NCBI RefSeq assembly: GCF_006345805.1
Contig: NC_042999.1
Span: 137,578,001-137,642,000, forward strand
DNA: 64,000 bases
Direction of reading: 5' to 3'
DNA from: Octopus sinensis
Taxonomy: Eukaryota
Shown here: piece by piece, positions 26,757-40,592 of the stretch
Position numbering within the stretch: the stretch's first letter is position 1
Layout of the letters: every line of letters starts with the position of its first letter
Notes under the pieces: model-generated
Databases searched by the model: none
Seen by the model: only the letters and a program-made list of their open reading frames with translations
Told to the model about the DNA's origin: nothing
Translations under genes and position numbers: made by a program

Positions 26757-26830
<74 letters not shown>
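26443..26830. repeat. Tandem duplication of a ~190-bp unit (unique sequence plus (GT)n)
   Basis: gatttaataagttttgtttggtttata... starts at both 26443 and 26633. The differences are mostly small indels. Confidence 0.9.
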
Positions 26831-26864
26831 TGTGTATGTGTGTGTGTGCATGCGAGTGTGTATA

Positions 26865-28137
26865 TAGGATGTCCCAAAATGAAGGCAACCAACTTTATTA
26901 AATTTTACCAAAGCAAAATATTGTTGTATTTCAGGTCCGAGGTTTGCAATGCAATGGTGAAGGAAACACAATTACAACATTACCACATTTATTCAATATG
27001 ACCACCTCTGTTTTGAATCACAGCCTTAAGTCTAAGTACAAATGCTTCACATGCAGCACACAGCTGTTCTTGCAGAATCAAAGCCTATTCATGGTGCAGT
27101 TTTGCCTTCAGAGCATCAGATGAAGCATGAGGAGTGCTTGGGACCCTTATCTGCAAAATAGACCAAACAGAAAAATCCAACAGGTTGAGATCAGGGCTGC
27201 TTGAGGGCCATACATCCTTGCCTATGAACGCAGGAATGTTTTTCTGAATCCAGTGTTGTGTCTGTTTGGAGTTGTGACAAGGTGCCAAGTTCTGTTGGAG
27301 GCTCCAAAGTGTGCCTTGAAAGTGCTCATTCCCTCATGGAAGCAGTTCAGCTTCCAGAATGTCACTAATGTATCACTGGATGTTAATTTTAACACTCGAG
27401 AGCACAAAAATGAGGTGAGAGCTTCCAGTGGCTGTCACAGCTGCCTAGACCATAACTAACTGTGGATTTTGACATCGATTTATGAATCTACCCTCAAAGG
27501 AGCCAGACACACTCCAAAGTTGGTCATTCTGGTGGTTTACTCTCTGTTCAATGTCAAATTTCTTTTCATCAGTGAACTCCAGGTAAGGCAGTGTGCCTTC
27601 AGCAACCTGATGCAGGATGACTTCTCTCCAATGTCATGGCTTTATAAACTTGCATGAGCTCATGACAATGGATCATTTTGTAGGGGTGGGTCCTGGGATC
27701 CTCGTTCAGCATTCAATACATTAATGTTTGGCTTATTTTTACTGTGGCAGCCAGTTTGCTGACAGAATGATGAGAATTTTGCCGTATCTTTTCTCTGGTA
27801 CTTTTGATAAGCTAAAGGGCCTACACACTTCTTTTTTGGCCACGTCCAGGTCAATCAGCAGAGACACCAGTCTCTTGAAATTTCTTGGCAATTTTCCAGC
27901 TAATTTTAAGCTATTTTACTATAGCTGTATTTCTTTCACCTCCTTTGTGGAGGGTTATGATTGTATTTTGGTCGATAACCATTATCTAATTTATAAATCT
28001 GTATTTATTTAGTCTAAAACAAAAAGACTAAATAAACAAAAAGCATTTATAATGATGCATAATTTTCATATCTTATCACATTTATTGATAGTTATTAAAG
28101 CCCGAAACTTTGATTGCTTTAATTTTGGGACACCCTG
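26865..28137 (-). mobile_element. Full-length (1273 bp) decayed Tc1/mariner of the maT (DD37D) family
   Basis: TIRs taggatgtcccaaaatgaaggcaac and attgctttaattttgggacaccctg, with TA on both sides. QQ(N)LAPCH...WPSSSPDLNLLDFSVW has 37 residues between the second and third catalytic positions. Confidence 0.9.
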
Positions 28138-28963
28138 TATATATATAGTGTTTGTAAGCATTATTTCACACATGGGAATTCTAACATTTTTGGAAGAGGA
28201 GTAAATATTTAATACATAGAGTTATAGATCCAGCTTACAGCATTCCATCACTCAGAGTTTCTTGCCTTGGGCAGTCCTCAGATGAGTTTGGTTGGTAGAA
28301 TGGATACTTCTTTTAGCAGATGTTTATCAGTGTGATTTGAGATATTGTTGACTTCCAGTTTGTCTCACATACAGTATGGTAAACAAGATATTAACATCCA
28401 GCAATTAGATGTTTATATTTAGCCTGGCACAAAAGTACTGCAAAAGATGGAAGAAATGAACTTGTTTTCATAATAGCTCTTAGAAATTAGCTCTGACTGT
28501 GCGTTTAAAGTATTTGTTGTTTTAATGAGGAAGAAGTACTTTTTATCAATGCAGAGACCAAAGAAATTTCAGAAGATATGCTGTACACTTTTTATCAATT
28601 TTATTACTTATATTTAAGTTGTCAATATTGTGATGCTTCAAGTACCAGATGCAGCTGAATAATGTTGTGCTGGTTCTTTTGTCTATATATCTAAATGTTG
28701 ATGAGTGATTTCAGAGGAAGAGCTAGAAGTTGCCCTCACAGCATTCCATTAAAATGACCTAGGATGATGCATGCCTCCTGGGATAGACACTGTAGCTTGA
28801 TAGAACAGCAATTCAGCATAAATTAGCATAAATTGTTCAAAGGATACAACTTTTTATTTTGACAGTTTCAGTTACCTAGATTGATAGGATTAATCAGATA
28901 ACTACCCATGGAATTGATTTCCAAGTTCCTGAACACATTAGGTTGTTTAGAAGTGCCTCTTAC

Positions 28964-29039
28964 CTGTGGTGGTGGTCCCCTTATTTGTCATGTAATTGTA
29001 GCTAACTTTACCAGTTAAATAGTTTGGAATATTTGTGTC
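28964..29039 (-). CDS. Candidate exon (76 nt, phase 0 to 1): DTNIPNYLTGKVSYNYMTNKGTTTT
   Basis: Acceptor gtttttccacag (alternative ctgcag at 29060, same phase) and donor cag|gtaaga. Only one frame is open. Confidence 0.45.
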
Positions 29040-30523
29040 CTGTGGAAAAACGATTCCAGACTGCAGTTAGGAAGTTCTTAGCAATATCATATAGATAAAT
29101 TAGTGAAAGAAAACATTCAATAAACCAAAACAAAAATAATAAATAATTTATTAACACAAAATATATTTAATTATATTACAGTTAGAGACAAGCTACCAAA
29201 ACAACACTTCCTAATTCCAAAGCTCTGTTCAACTGATATGTATATATATATATATATACTTCCTCTTCAAATTTTCTCATGTGATTATATTCACTGTGGT
29301 TCAATCAAAACTAAATCCATGTGAGGTCAGTTGGTAGAGAAATAGTTGCTCGACCTGAATTTGAAATTTTAAACAATATAAGACAAAGATATGAGAAAAA
29401 CTAATCTTGATATAATAATTTTAATCAATAACTCTATGATAATAACCATAATGAGGTAATGGTTGCGATGAAAATGATGATGGAAATATTAATTTTCAAA
29501 CTTACTATTATAAAAACTGCACACATGGTTTAATTGAAAAAAACATCAACAAGTTTTCAGTGTGTCAGCAACAACAAACTAGGACATTTAGTTTTCATTT
29601 GTCTTTATATCTTACTTGTTCATTTATAAGCAACAGAAGTTCTAGTAGTTTAAAAATATGATTTTTTCCTTCATATGGTATCAAAACTTATCAGCAATCC
29701 AAAGAAACAATGGGACATAATCTTATGATCTGACACCCAAGTATTTTGTTCAAATAGTCATTATACTCAATAAGTACAAGTAATATGCCAGGATAACTAA
29801 TCAAATTAATCTGAAATAAAACAAACACGCAATCAAAAACTCTACTAAGAAGTAGAGATTAATTGAGAGAGGTATAATCTTCAGTCTGTGTACTTAAATA
29901 ACATATATACACAAAGTAAAATTAAATAATTATCAACTAGGGATAAAGCTGGAATGAAGGCAATTATCTAAGGTTTTTGAAGAAATGCTGTTAAAATTTA
30001 TATTTACATTTAATAAATAATAGTGATTGTACATAAATTTTATAACAATTATCCTTTCTTAACAATCCTCAATGATATTCATTTATTTATTTAAATCCTC
30101 TTTTTTCAAAAAGATATAGATTAAACAACTCTATAATTTTAGATATTCATGTAAGATCTTGGTGCAATTACTTAACTAATTTACAACTAAGTGAGAATGG
30201 TACAACCTCTTTCAATATATGTATATATATGGCTTAACAACATTCTAACCCATCAAACACTATGTTTCTTTTTATAGTTAAGAAAGAAGAAGAAAAAAAG
30301 AAGTTAATTCTTTCTGAATCCCAATAATCTATAGGGCCAGTGTTCAATTCCAATTTCAATAACATTAAGCATATGTGAGATAAATCTCCCCATGATAAGA
30401 AACAAGTCTATCACAGATAGCTTTTTCTTGAAGAAGGAATGAAATTGACTATTGTATTTCAATGAAATGAATTCCACAATGTTGCCAGTACTTAAAGAAA
30501 TTACAACTGTTTGCATTACTTAC

Positions 30524-30552
30524 ATGGATTTCAAAATTTGGGTTCAGCAATT
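30524..30552 (-). CDS. Possible micro-exon (29 nt, phase 1 to 0): (E)LLNPNFEIH
   Basis: Consensus donor gtaagtaa and acceptor gcagttag. It would bridge the phases of the 30889 and 28964 exons. Confidence 0.3.
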
Positions 30553-30888
30553 CTAACTGCATTGACAGAATATAACATCAGTACCAGAATACAAACATTA
30601 ATCCATCTGCTGGTCATCCATGACATTATCAAAGGAGCTATGATTAAACCATTATATGGCAATAATTTTAGCCACAGCTTTATACTTGACACATCAGTTG
30701 CTTTGCAATAGACCTTATCTTTTAAATAGTTCCAATAAGTTCATTAAAATATGCGAAAGTTTAACTCATTTAACAATACCAGAATCCAGTTTACAGGTTA
30801 ATATCTCATAACATTCAATATACATACTTTACAAAATAATATTTCATAAAATCTTATATAATAAAGCTTAAAGAGAATAAACACTTAC

Positions 30889-30918
30889 CAAAGATCTTCT
30901 TTAAAATATATTCCACAT
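30889..30918 (-). CDS. Candidate micro-exon (30 nt, phase 1 to 1): (H)VEYILKKIF
   Basis: Strong acceptor ttttcttctttacacag and donor tg|gtaagtgt. Phase-compatible with the end of the WSC exon at 35925. Confidence 0.55.
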
Positions 30919-31469
30919 CTGTGTAAAGAAGAAAATACATGGTAAGTACATGTGTATAGGTTATTTCATATTTTGGTTTTATCATAACTATTTTGTCTTA
31001 CTGACAATTGTTGCATGTTTCTTTACCCAACACATAATATGCAGCAGTTATTAGAGTAAAATCATCACAATTTAGTTTTAAAAAGTTCATCTATGTTTAT
31101 CATTTACTATATACATTTCTATTCTCATCCCTACTGTCAGTCATTCTCCTTTCACATTCTTGCAACCTTATCTACCGACACAGCAATCCTCAATTCTTTG
31201 TCCCTACTCTCTCTTTATCTCTCTTCTTGTATTTTGAGGGTATGAGAACACTTCATATCCACTATCGTTTCTCCTTTTCCTGCTGGGTAGCCATGTATCT
31301 CCTCTACAGCAAGACATCTGTTCCAGCTACCTATCATGCTTTATATTCTCAACACCTGGCACAAAGCCACCTCTCTTAATTCACCTCCATTTCATCAAAG
31401 GACCTTCTCTTGAAAGTTACTTGATAATCTCACTTGTGACTGTGCCACAAAAAAATTTTTTTTAATAAT

Positions 31470-31780
31470 GCATCCTGTAAAGTGGTTGGTGTTAGGAAGG
31501 ACATTCATTCACAGAAATCTTGCTAAAACAGACAATGGAGTCCAATGCAGTCCTCTAGCTAGTCAGATCCTATTGAGCCATCCAGCCAATGTTAACATGA
31601 AATATGGGCATTTGATAATGATGATGATTGTCATCATTATCATCCATCTTCCATGCTAGCATGAGTGGGACAGTTTGATGTGAGCTAGTAAGCCAAAGGA
31701 TTGCACCAAGTTCCACTGTCTATTTTGGCATGCTTTTTACAGCTGGATGCCCTTCCTAACACCAACCACTTTACTTGGTG
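31470..31780. mobile_element. Two RTE-tail-type repeats joined tail to tail at (GAT)n/(ATC)n
   Basis: Plus copy ggttggtgttaggaagg...gataatgatgatgat; minus copy tcatcattatc...gcccttcctaacaccaacc. Confidence 0.75.
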
Positions 31781-34700
31781 AACTCTTTACTAATTTGACA
31801 AAACTGAAAATGACCCAATAAGGTAATTTCCATTCCACTTAAAACACCTTTTATATATGTTTATAAAACAGATAACCAGATAGCAACCTCAGATTTAATA
31901 TCAAATATCAATTATTTAAATTGTAATCCACCATACACGATAGCTAGATTGATTCACATTAATATCAAACCAGCAAACCAATAGCAAAGCTTCTACATGG
32001 TCACTCAACCTGCTAGATAGAGTAGCAAACTTTCCTCAAACCACAACGTACCATCTCAAAAAAAGAAAAAGAAAAGAGACACAAGATAATGTAGTTTTTT
32101 TTTTATTACATTATCCTGTGAATCTTTTAGGAGTATCCAAGATATCCCTAAAAAGATGGAATGGACACTCCTGAAGCAGTTTTGATTAAAGTACTACTTG
32201 GTCAGAGCTAAAGTACTGCTTGATCAGACTCAGTGTTGAACAATGACAACCAATACTAACCAGTGTAACAACAGTAACATGGAATTCAAAAGACTAAAGG
32301 AAAATTTAATCAAATATTTCTTTTAAAAAATTATAGAAATAGATTAAAATTGGAGTTACTATTAGGAAGGACATCCAGTGTAAACTTGCATTCTAGTTAA
32401 ATAACTACTATTACAACATTCATTCAAGTGATGGGTTCACAGTGATATCCAAGTAACTGATCTTAGTTATTAAAAGCACAATCCTCACCCCTCAGATGTT
32501 TTATGAAATGATGATGACAATATTAATAGTTATAAAAAATATTTTTAAGAACTATTCAACTGAGATAATCATTCTAAATAGACACATCACATTTATAATT
32601 TAGCTCAGCATGGAATAAGATAAGCTAATAAAAATTCATGAAGCTGTTACAAGAAATACAACAAAAGAAAGACTCAGTGAAGTGGAAAATTTTAATGGGA
32701 TACATGAATGAACAGATCAGCTTGAATCAAGGCAAAGATATATGTATAAGAAAACATTTGAACTGATATAATATTAAGGTGTGTTTGCAATTATAAAACA
32801 TTCAAATTTTCTAACTTTGTCAGAATAAAAAGGCAACTTTTCTTCTTTATACTTGTGACCAATATGCTGATAATGGATAAAATCTGTTTTACAGATTTTA
32901 AAATTTACATATGAAAGAAAGCACAGATCAGCACAAACATTAATGATCAAAGAAAAATTCAAATAAATAAATTTAGCTCCTTTTAAATATATAAATGGCA
33001 AGTGAAGTAAAATATATTAAAAGAGAGGAAAAATTAAAAGACAACAAACAATATATGAAGTAAAAATTTCTAAACATGAATATGGCAGGTGCTCACTGTT
33101 TGCTCTGAAAATTTAGACAAGTTACAAAATAAATCAATTGTTAAGTATCAGATTTATAGCCAATTTGGAAGAATTATTTCTTTCTCAGATAATTTGTTAG
33201 AAACTAAAAATTGTTTGCTAATACTCTAATGTAAATTTAAGTTCAAATTTAATATTTTATCAATAATCATTAGTTGACAGATCTATACTATCTCAGAGAG
33301 AACCTTCCAGGACCAACAGATTTTGACAGTTGGATATAAATAGTGTACTTGAGATATTTTTGTCTTGTTGAGAGGAAAACACAATCAGAAATGAAGGTGA
33401 GACATAAGAAGATTGTACACACTAGAGGGCTTAATGTCATCCATTCACACAAAATGTATCCCTTAAATCCAATAAAGAAACAAAATAATACAGTATAATG
33501 TATTGTTATAAGTACCTGTCAAATTCTAACATAACCTCCCTTAAAATGTGACTTGTGCCAATGTTGCAAAATACGGTCATTGAATTCACTTTTGCTTATC
33601 TATGGCAAATAAATTATCTTAATTCCTTCATAGGCCTTTCTTTAAATACAGTTTAACTTCATGGGTTAAAACATGGTGTGATTAGAGGGAAATTTCACTG
33701 CTATTTCTCATTAAGAGACCGTGCAGAGGCCTTCCATCATTGGCTCAAAGTAAACCTAGTTGTTGTTCTGCACTCCCAGACCAGTTATGATTAAGCATAA
33801 CTGTAATGAAAGGTATTACAGTTGTACAATTTTGTTGTTTTGTATAAGAGGGACTCTATTGCATGATATAACATTTATTTAAGATGACAAGATGTAATCT
33901 AAGAGAGATTTGACTGCTACTTTCAATAGGCTAAATGATATGTATAAGCTGCTTGTTGAATAAACTTGTCTCCCTGTGTCTTCCACTTTCTATTTCATAT
34001 TTTGAGCAAGGTAGTTGAACTAAGAGGCAGGCAAAGATTTTAGACTTCAGTGTTCAGTGAGGTGGTAGCCATTTGAAATGGTGAGTTTTGACTTACTAAG
34101 GGAGGTTGATGGAAGAATTTTTTAAACATATAAAATAAAAGATGGACAGGCACTTGTTAATGACATCAAAAGTTGCCTATAGGCAATGAGCTGGTTGTGG
34201 TAACATATATACATATCAGTAGCTTGCATGCAAGTCATGCACTGCATGCCTGCTTATTTTTTATATAACTCAAAAATTAATTTAAGAACTTAATGTATTT
34301 ATAACCACATTGAAAAGTTGTCCAAATCAATGGAAACTGAACTACAGTAGTTACTTTGTTTCAAAGAAACACGTCCAGATTCAATATTTTGCTGTACTCC
34401 CATTCTGCTTCCTGTAGGTATGCTTAAAGAAAAACACATCTGAAATCTTTTCTACTCTCCTTCCTATCTTTCAGTAACTATCATTTCTCTCCTGCCTATC
34501 TGTAAAGTCAATGCCTGTAAGATTCTTTTTTATCTCAATAAAATAACTATGGAAGGCACAGCCTTGGCTTTCCCCTCCTTTTCTATCAGTTTTTCTTTGT
34601 CAACAATTCTTTGTAATTGATGGTTGAATGGTTGAATGGGATTGACTTTTTGACCCATAAACATTCTGACCAAAACATATCAACAATCTCATAATTCTTA

Positions 34701-35924
34701 GGCTCAGGGTTGCCACTGCTCTCCTTCACATCCCCTGTCTTTGCTCTGTCATAAGTTTTGAAATTATCATCATTAACTATCCTCAAAAATTCTGAAATCA
34801 GAAATATAACATAGCTAATTAATGTTTCATTGATTTACTGAAATTATTTTCCAGTTTTGTTGAAACTGATTTACAATTCACACACACACTCACATGTGCA
34901 CTATTACTTTCATAAGATCTTTTTAAGATTTTCAAAATATTTGTCCAAATGACTGAAACATACACACAAAAATATAAACATTCACATTGAAAGATGTGTG
35001 TGTGTGCGGGTGTGTGTTTATGTATAAATCATTTTGTATAAATAATTTTCTTTTACATTCTTTCAAATTTTCTTTCATCATTAGGTAGGTGTAATTTATA
35101 TTTCTTCATCTCGCATGTTGCAATATTTCACATCTTTACTACTTCCAACAAATGAAAAGAGACGCTAGGTTTTTGCTTAGTGTTTTTAGGGTTTTTTACA
35201 ATGTTGGATTTTCACTGTCTGTCATTGTATGTATAGTCTTTTAGAGTTCAATAAGTATCAGAACAGACTGCTCAAGTGAGTGTCAACTATTTTCCCAAAA
35301 TTGGTGAGTAGCCTGATAAAGCAGCTGATTTGTCTTTGACAGCATAATGGTCTAAAACCATGGCCATATTATGTAACTAAATGTGATCTCAAAGTTAAAT
35401 AATTTCAAAATGATTCGGTGCAACCAATAAGTATTTATTGCATGACCAATGTCAGAAGTCACTGCACACCACTGACACATATCTACACTGTAGCAGCATT
35501 ATAATAAGGATTTAGAGGCAGCTGGATGGGTAATTTTAAAACATTAAACATATACTGACTATATCATCAGTATATTAATATTCATAGGTTCTCAGTCAGC
35601 AAAAACTAAAGTTGAAGGAAAGGAAACTGGTAAATACTTAACTTGCATTCTTGAACTTGTATCAGTGTCTATAATATTCAGATAATGCTGACATTCAATT
35701 ATATGTAGTTAGAGTTTGATTTGTGAAATAAAACTATACACGTAGAGTATCTAATTTAGGCACAAAGTCAATTTTTATAGGAGTTAATTTTTATAGGAGA
35801 AGGATGTAAACACTTAAATTGACCCAGTATATTACTGACATTTATTTTATCAATACTGGAATGAATGGTAAAGTTGACCAAGCATGAAATTTAACTCCCT
35901 CAACAGTGTATGACCATTACTTAC

Positions 35925-36052
35925 GATATACTTGAAATCGTCCAACACCACCACAATAGTCATTATTCTCCAAAAAGCATTTTACTGAACATTTGCTATT
36001 GTCTGATTTTATCGCATAATAATACCAATGATTTCCACAATAGCATTTTATT
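35925..36052 (-). CDS. WSC-domain exon, second half of WSC repeat 2 (128 nt, phase 2 to 1): IKCYCGNHWYYYAIKSDNSKCSVKCFLENNDYCGGVGRFQVY
   Basis: CxCG...C...C...CGG...VY WSC signature. Acceptor tttttatttag and donor c|gtaagtaa. Confidence 0.92.
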
Positions 36053-38162
36053 CTAAATAAAAAAATAGACAAGAAAAATAGAAAAAATATTTCTTGCTCC
36101 TTTAAATTATCACATAATTTATAATACAAAAAGTAAAAGTAGTTTTACCCTAAATACCTGTAACACTGAATAGATAATTAAAAGCCAAATGACAAGATAA
36201 AATTCAATAAACTTTCATTCTACAATATTTTTTTTTTTAATTTAATATGAATTAACAAAGAAATTAAAAGAAAATGAAAACATTACATTTTAAAACTGAA
36301 TTTTAAAGTACGATTTTAAATTCCATTTTCATACAAAATTTTTATCTTATAATAGAATTTCATTAAAGCATAAAGATATGACTAAAAGGACAACAATCAA
36401 TACAGAAAATTGCAAAAATATTTTCAAAACTAAAATGAATCAAAAATTTTTTATTGGCAGTTTTTAAAATGTGTAACAACTGGGAAATATGAAAAACATT
36501 ATGGAAGAGTTAGGTCTATATTCATTTAGTTGAAATAACTATGTTGCTGTTTGATAGAATATTTCAATATCCAGGCCCTTTTACCTTTTACTTGTGTTTC
36601 AGTCATTAGACTGTGGCCATGGTAGGCTTGGCCTTGAAAATTTTTAGTCAAATGAAATAACTTTAGTTCCCTTTTTAAGCCTGGCACTTATTCTATCAGT
36701 ATTTTTTGTCAAACTACTAAGTTACACACCAACACACACACACACACACATATATAAAAATGAGCTTGAAGGGATATATTATTCATGCAGCTACTGTATT
36801 AGCTCTCAGTTAAGTTCCAGTTAACAGCCAACTACAACAATCAATATCTAACAACTGTGTCTACATTTAGTTGTTAGTCGCTCTGTGAATTTTTTCAATG
36901 GGTAATTCTGTGTACTCTTTCCTAAATATAGTTGATGAAGCTCACATGTCTAATACTTATTGTATCAGCCCAAAAGGAAATGAAAGGAAAATTTAGTCCT
37001 TATGGAATTTTAAAATTTGAATATAGAAATATGGAACTAAATGCTAATATTTTAATCCACTAATTTGTTTACTTAAAAAAAAAAACAACAATATTTTTCA
37101 GCTTCATAAAACAAATATGAAAGTAAATAAAAAGTGAGAGCCCAATTTGACATATTTCCCATCTAGTTTAGCCACCACTAAAATGAAATAAATGTTTAAA
37201 ACTTTTTACTTAAATTAATTCCTAAGTTAGAAATAAACCTAAAATCTTATGAAATGAACAGAAAATCAGAACTTATGTTCCTTGTTTCATCAGATGTGCT
37301 AATATCAAATAAAATAGCATTTAAGAACAACTATTTTCAAAATTAAATTATATAATAGATTAATGCAGATAAATAAATATTTTCAGTAGTTTTGTAGAAA
37401 CCAGTACATACAGATATCTTTGAGTTGTTATTTTTTTATCTAGAAATTATCATAAAATAAGCTAATTACTTCAGTATATGTTACTTTGTTTTTTTAACTT
37501 AAAAAGGATGTAAAACTATGTCAACTATAAGACAAAAAAGTGAAAGAATTTAGCATAATATAGTAAGCAGTGGCAGATGACAGCATGATAAAAATTTAAT
37601 GATGATTCTTTTGTACTACTTTTAAGAAAAACAATGCTATGAAACATAAATTTGATAAGAAGCTCACAATTGAATTAGTTCAGTTGGATTGGAAAATAAT
37701 CTAAACAGTTTGAAAAGTAAAAACCATTGTAATAAATATATAAGGGGATCTAAGCCAATGGTGTGTGACAAAAGTTGTGAAAATTATTAATGAGCTTGTG
37801 TGTCCAAAACAAATAAATTTTTCTTTTTATTGTTTTGTTTTGTTTTGTTTTTCTTAAATACAGTTTTATAATATTTGAAGTCACAAGAGGAAATATGGAG
37901 AACATTATTGCAAAGCAGGTTTATTATGTACATTATGAAACTTTAGAGTTGCTAGTTTATAACCTCAGAATTCTCAATGTAGTTTTGGTTACATAAAAGA
38001 ATAAGAAATTCCTAGTATACAAGAAGACAAACTATTGACTTATTCTTAAAAGTAATTTACTTCAGAAAAATTACATTATTACAAAATAAATTTCTATTCT
38101 TATTTTTAAAAAACTAACAAATGATATGGTTTTCCTTAAATCAGTTTAAAAACGATTCTTAC

Positions 38163-38298
38163 CCTTTTTCTACAGCAGCATATGCAAAGCCTGATTTCCA
38201 ACAGTATAAAAGGCACATGTTCAAAGTCATATTCTCATTAACTATTGCATTTTGGTTTAGTCTCATGTTAGTGGCTTTATAACATCCAAGGTAAAAAC
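38163..38298 (-). CDS. WSC-domain exon, first half of WSC repeat 2 (136 nt, phase 1 to 2): FYLGCYKATNMRLNQNAIVNENMTLNMCLLYCWKSGFAYAAVEKG
   Basis: YLGCY...MT..C...C..G.AYA WSC signature. Acceptor ttctccttctag and donor gg|gtaaga. It splices in frame to 36052, giving a complete 8-Cys WSC domain. Confidence 0.92.
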
Positions 38299-40592
38299 CT
38301 AGAAGGAGAATTGAAAAAGCCTAGGTGTTAATTTAAAGAAAAAATGTCACAGTTTCTTTCTAATAAAAAGGTTAAAATTCTTTTAGCTTTAAAATATATT
38401 AAAATAACTTGTTTGGTAAGTAACTTAATCAGGGAGTTTGGAAGTGAAACAATTACATATGAAAAGGTGATGGCAACCTATCTAAAATGTATATCTACTT
38501 CTGTACATCCACTTTAATTTCATTTTGTAATAGTATCATATACTATTATGTAAAAGAAAGTTTCTTATACATCTATAACATAGTCACTAACCATTACACA
38601 GAATCTGAGATGCAGTAGGTAACAAAGTTGCAGGTATACATCAATAATTTTAAACTTTATCGTACATAATATTACAAAATAAACGGTATGTATGGGTTTC
38701 AAATGGCTATAATGACTACATGATGAAACTTAAAAATAATTTGTTTTGTCTTATTTACATTGTATCTTCTTGGAAATATTTTTTTCTACCCAATAGTCAG
38801 GGAGGGTCAAGCTGCCTTTGGGACTAGGTTGATTTAAGATATGTAATTAGATGAAGTAAAAATACTTAATATTATAGTTAGTAATTAGTACAGGTTAGTT
38901 GTGATGAAGCTATGACATACTGTAGGTTTTACAGTGATATGTGATGGACTGTGGTAAAAAAATCTCCAGCAGTATCTTCTTATAAAAGCTTGTCTATAAG
39001 CATTTACTTATAAGTAAAATACATATACACTTAAGTAAACTCCTAGCTAAAAAGGTTCACCATCACTAGTGTAGGTATAGTCTATTGGAAATGTAAGTAA
39101 AAAAAGAAATTTCAGAAGGATTACAGTTCTATGGGACAAAAGATCAAAGTCTCTCAAATAAAGTTTTGCTTATGAAGTAAAGTCAATGTTGAAAAGAAAT
39201 AATTGCAACAGCTATGATAGAACTATGTGTGATAGGGATATGACAGAACTATCAAGTTTTGAAGAGAAGCAGTGAAGCTAGATATTTATTGGTTAGTATC
39301 AGGTCAGCCCTGACAAAGCAGACAGGATTAATGGCATTCTGGCCATGACCTATCTTTATTTTAAGATGGTAGAGTGTAGAGTATGATGTGAGAGTATTTG
39401 GCTGCTACTTCTAGCAGACATAATTACCACAAAAGAGATTCCCTCATTGACTCCCCAAATATTTGCATTCTCAATACAAATATGTCTGGGAGATTAACCT
39501 ATCAAAGAAGTTTTTCTTTTTATGTAACCAAATAGTTTACTAACTGATGTAAGTGCTCTATTCTAGATATGCTAGTAATATTCTATTACAAAATCATATA
39601 CACAGCCTAAATGTATTTACATTTAATTTTATTTAGTTAAAGTGAAATTTCAACAAGAACACAATAGAAATTTTTAAAATGACATCAAAATTAAGTCACC
39701 TGGCACAGCTTGTGCATACTCTGCATACACCTAGTGAAGCTACTTGAATCTTGTAAATTATTGAAGGCTACATCTAAATTCTAAATGTTGTTATATCACT
39801 GAACTATGAACTTAATCACTATACACTGAATAATCTATAATCTATAAAAACCAATTCTTAGAAAATGTGTTTATATCTTGACTTTCCTTTCTTAATACAT
39901 ATCATCTTCTTAAGAATGTTTTAATTTAGCTTTCGGAACAACAGCAACCTATTATCTCTCATATTCACTGACAAGAAAATAGCAAACAGTCTTTGAAAAG
40001 TGAACATCACAATTCCAAACAAAATCTTTTTGGCAATCTTAACATAGATGTATTAGAACACTCAATACTGCATTATATACCTTGAGAAGACTTCTCATGT
40101 GCACACATGGTGCTTAGAAGCACTCATATTTATATCATTGGCAGATGAGAATAACTCGTACAGATGCTGGAAATGCCCAGCCTCTTCAGTAGCATATGTC
40201 CAGTAGTGACATAACAGCTGAATCTCACTGTCAACAATATATAGAATTTCATTGTTTTTTCAAGCATTGATATCACAAATAGCTAGCAGGTTTATTAAAA
40301 AAAAAAAATTTATTATTTTTCAAAATCTATATATTGGTAAAATGTCAATGACAAGTGAACATTGTCATCTGAAAGTTAATCATGTACTGCACACACATAC
40401 ACATTCATATATAACTTTACTATCAACACAATCACCACAATATTAACTATAAAACATTTTTAAAAATTTTAACTGAGAGAATTTAGCCAAGTTAAAGTTG
40501 AAATCAGACAAAAGTGCCCTAAATGTTGTGGTGGTTGTTGTAGAGCTGATGTTATGACACTGTTTAAGGTTGTAGATCCAGCTGTACCATAG

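Noticed and set aside
30511-30711. Overlapping plus and minus ORFs of about 66-70 aa
   Set aside because: No splice-compatible entry or exit for the long frames and no recognisable motif.
34586-34790. Minus ORF (FLRIVNDDNFKTYDRAK...) behind a phase-1 acceptor just downstream of the WSC exon
   Set aside because: No consensus donor and no recognisable domain. It could be an alternative terminal exon, but there is no supporting evidence.
40081-40228. Minus-strand segment with acceptor gacag and donor aag|gtatat
   Set aside because: Stops in all three frames.
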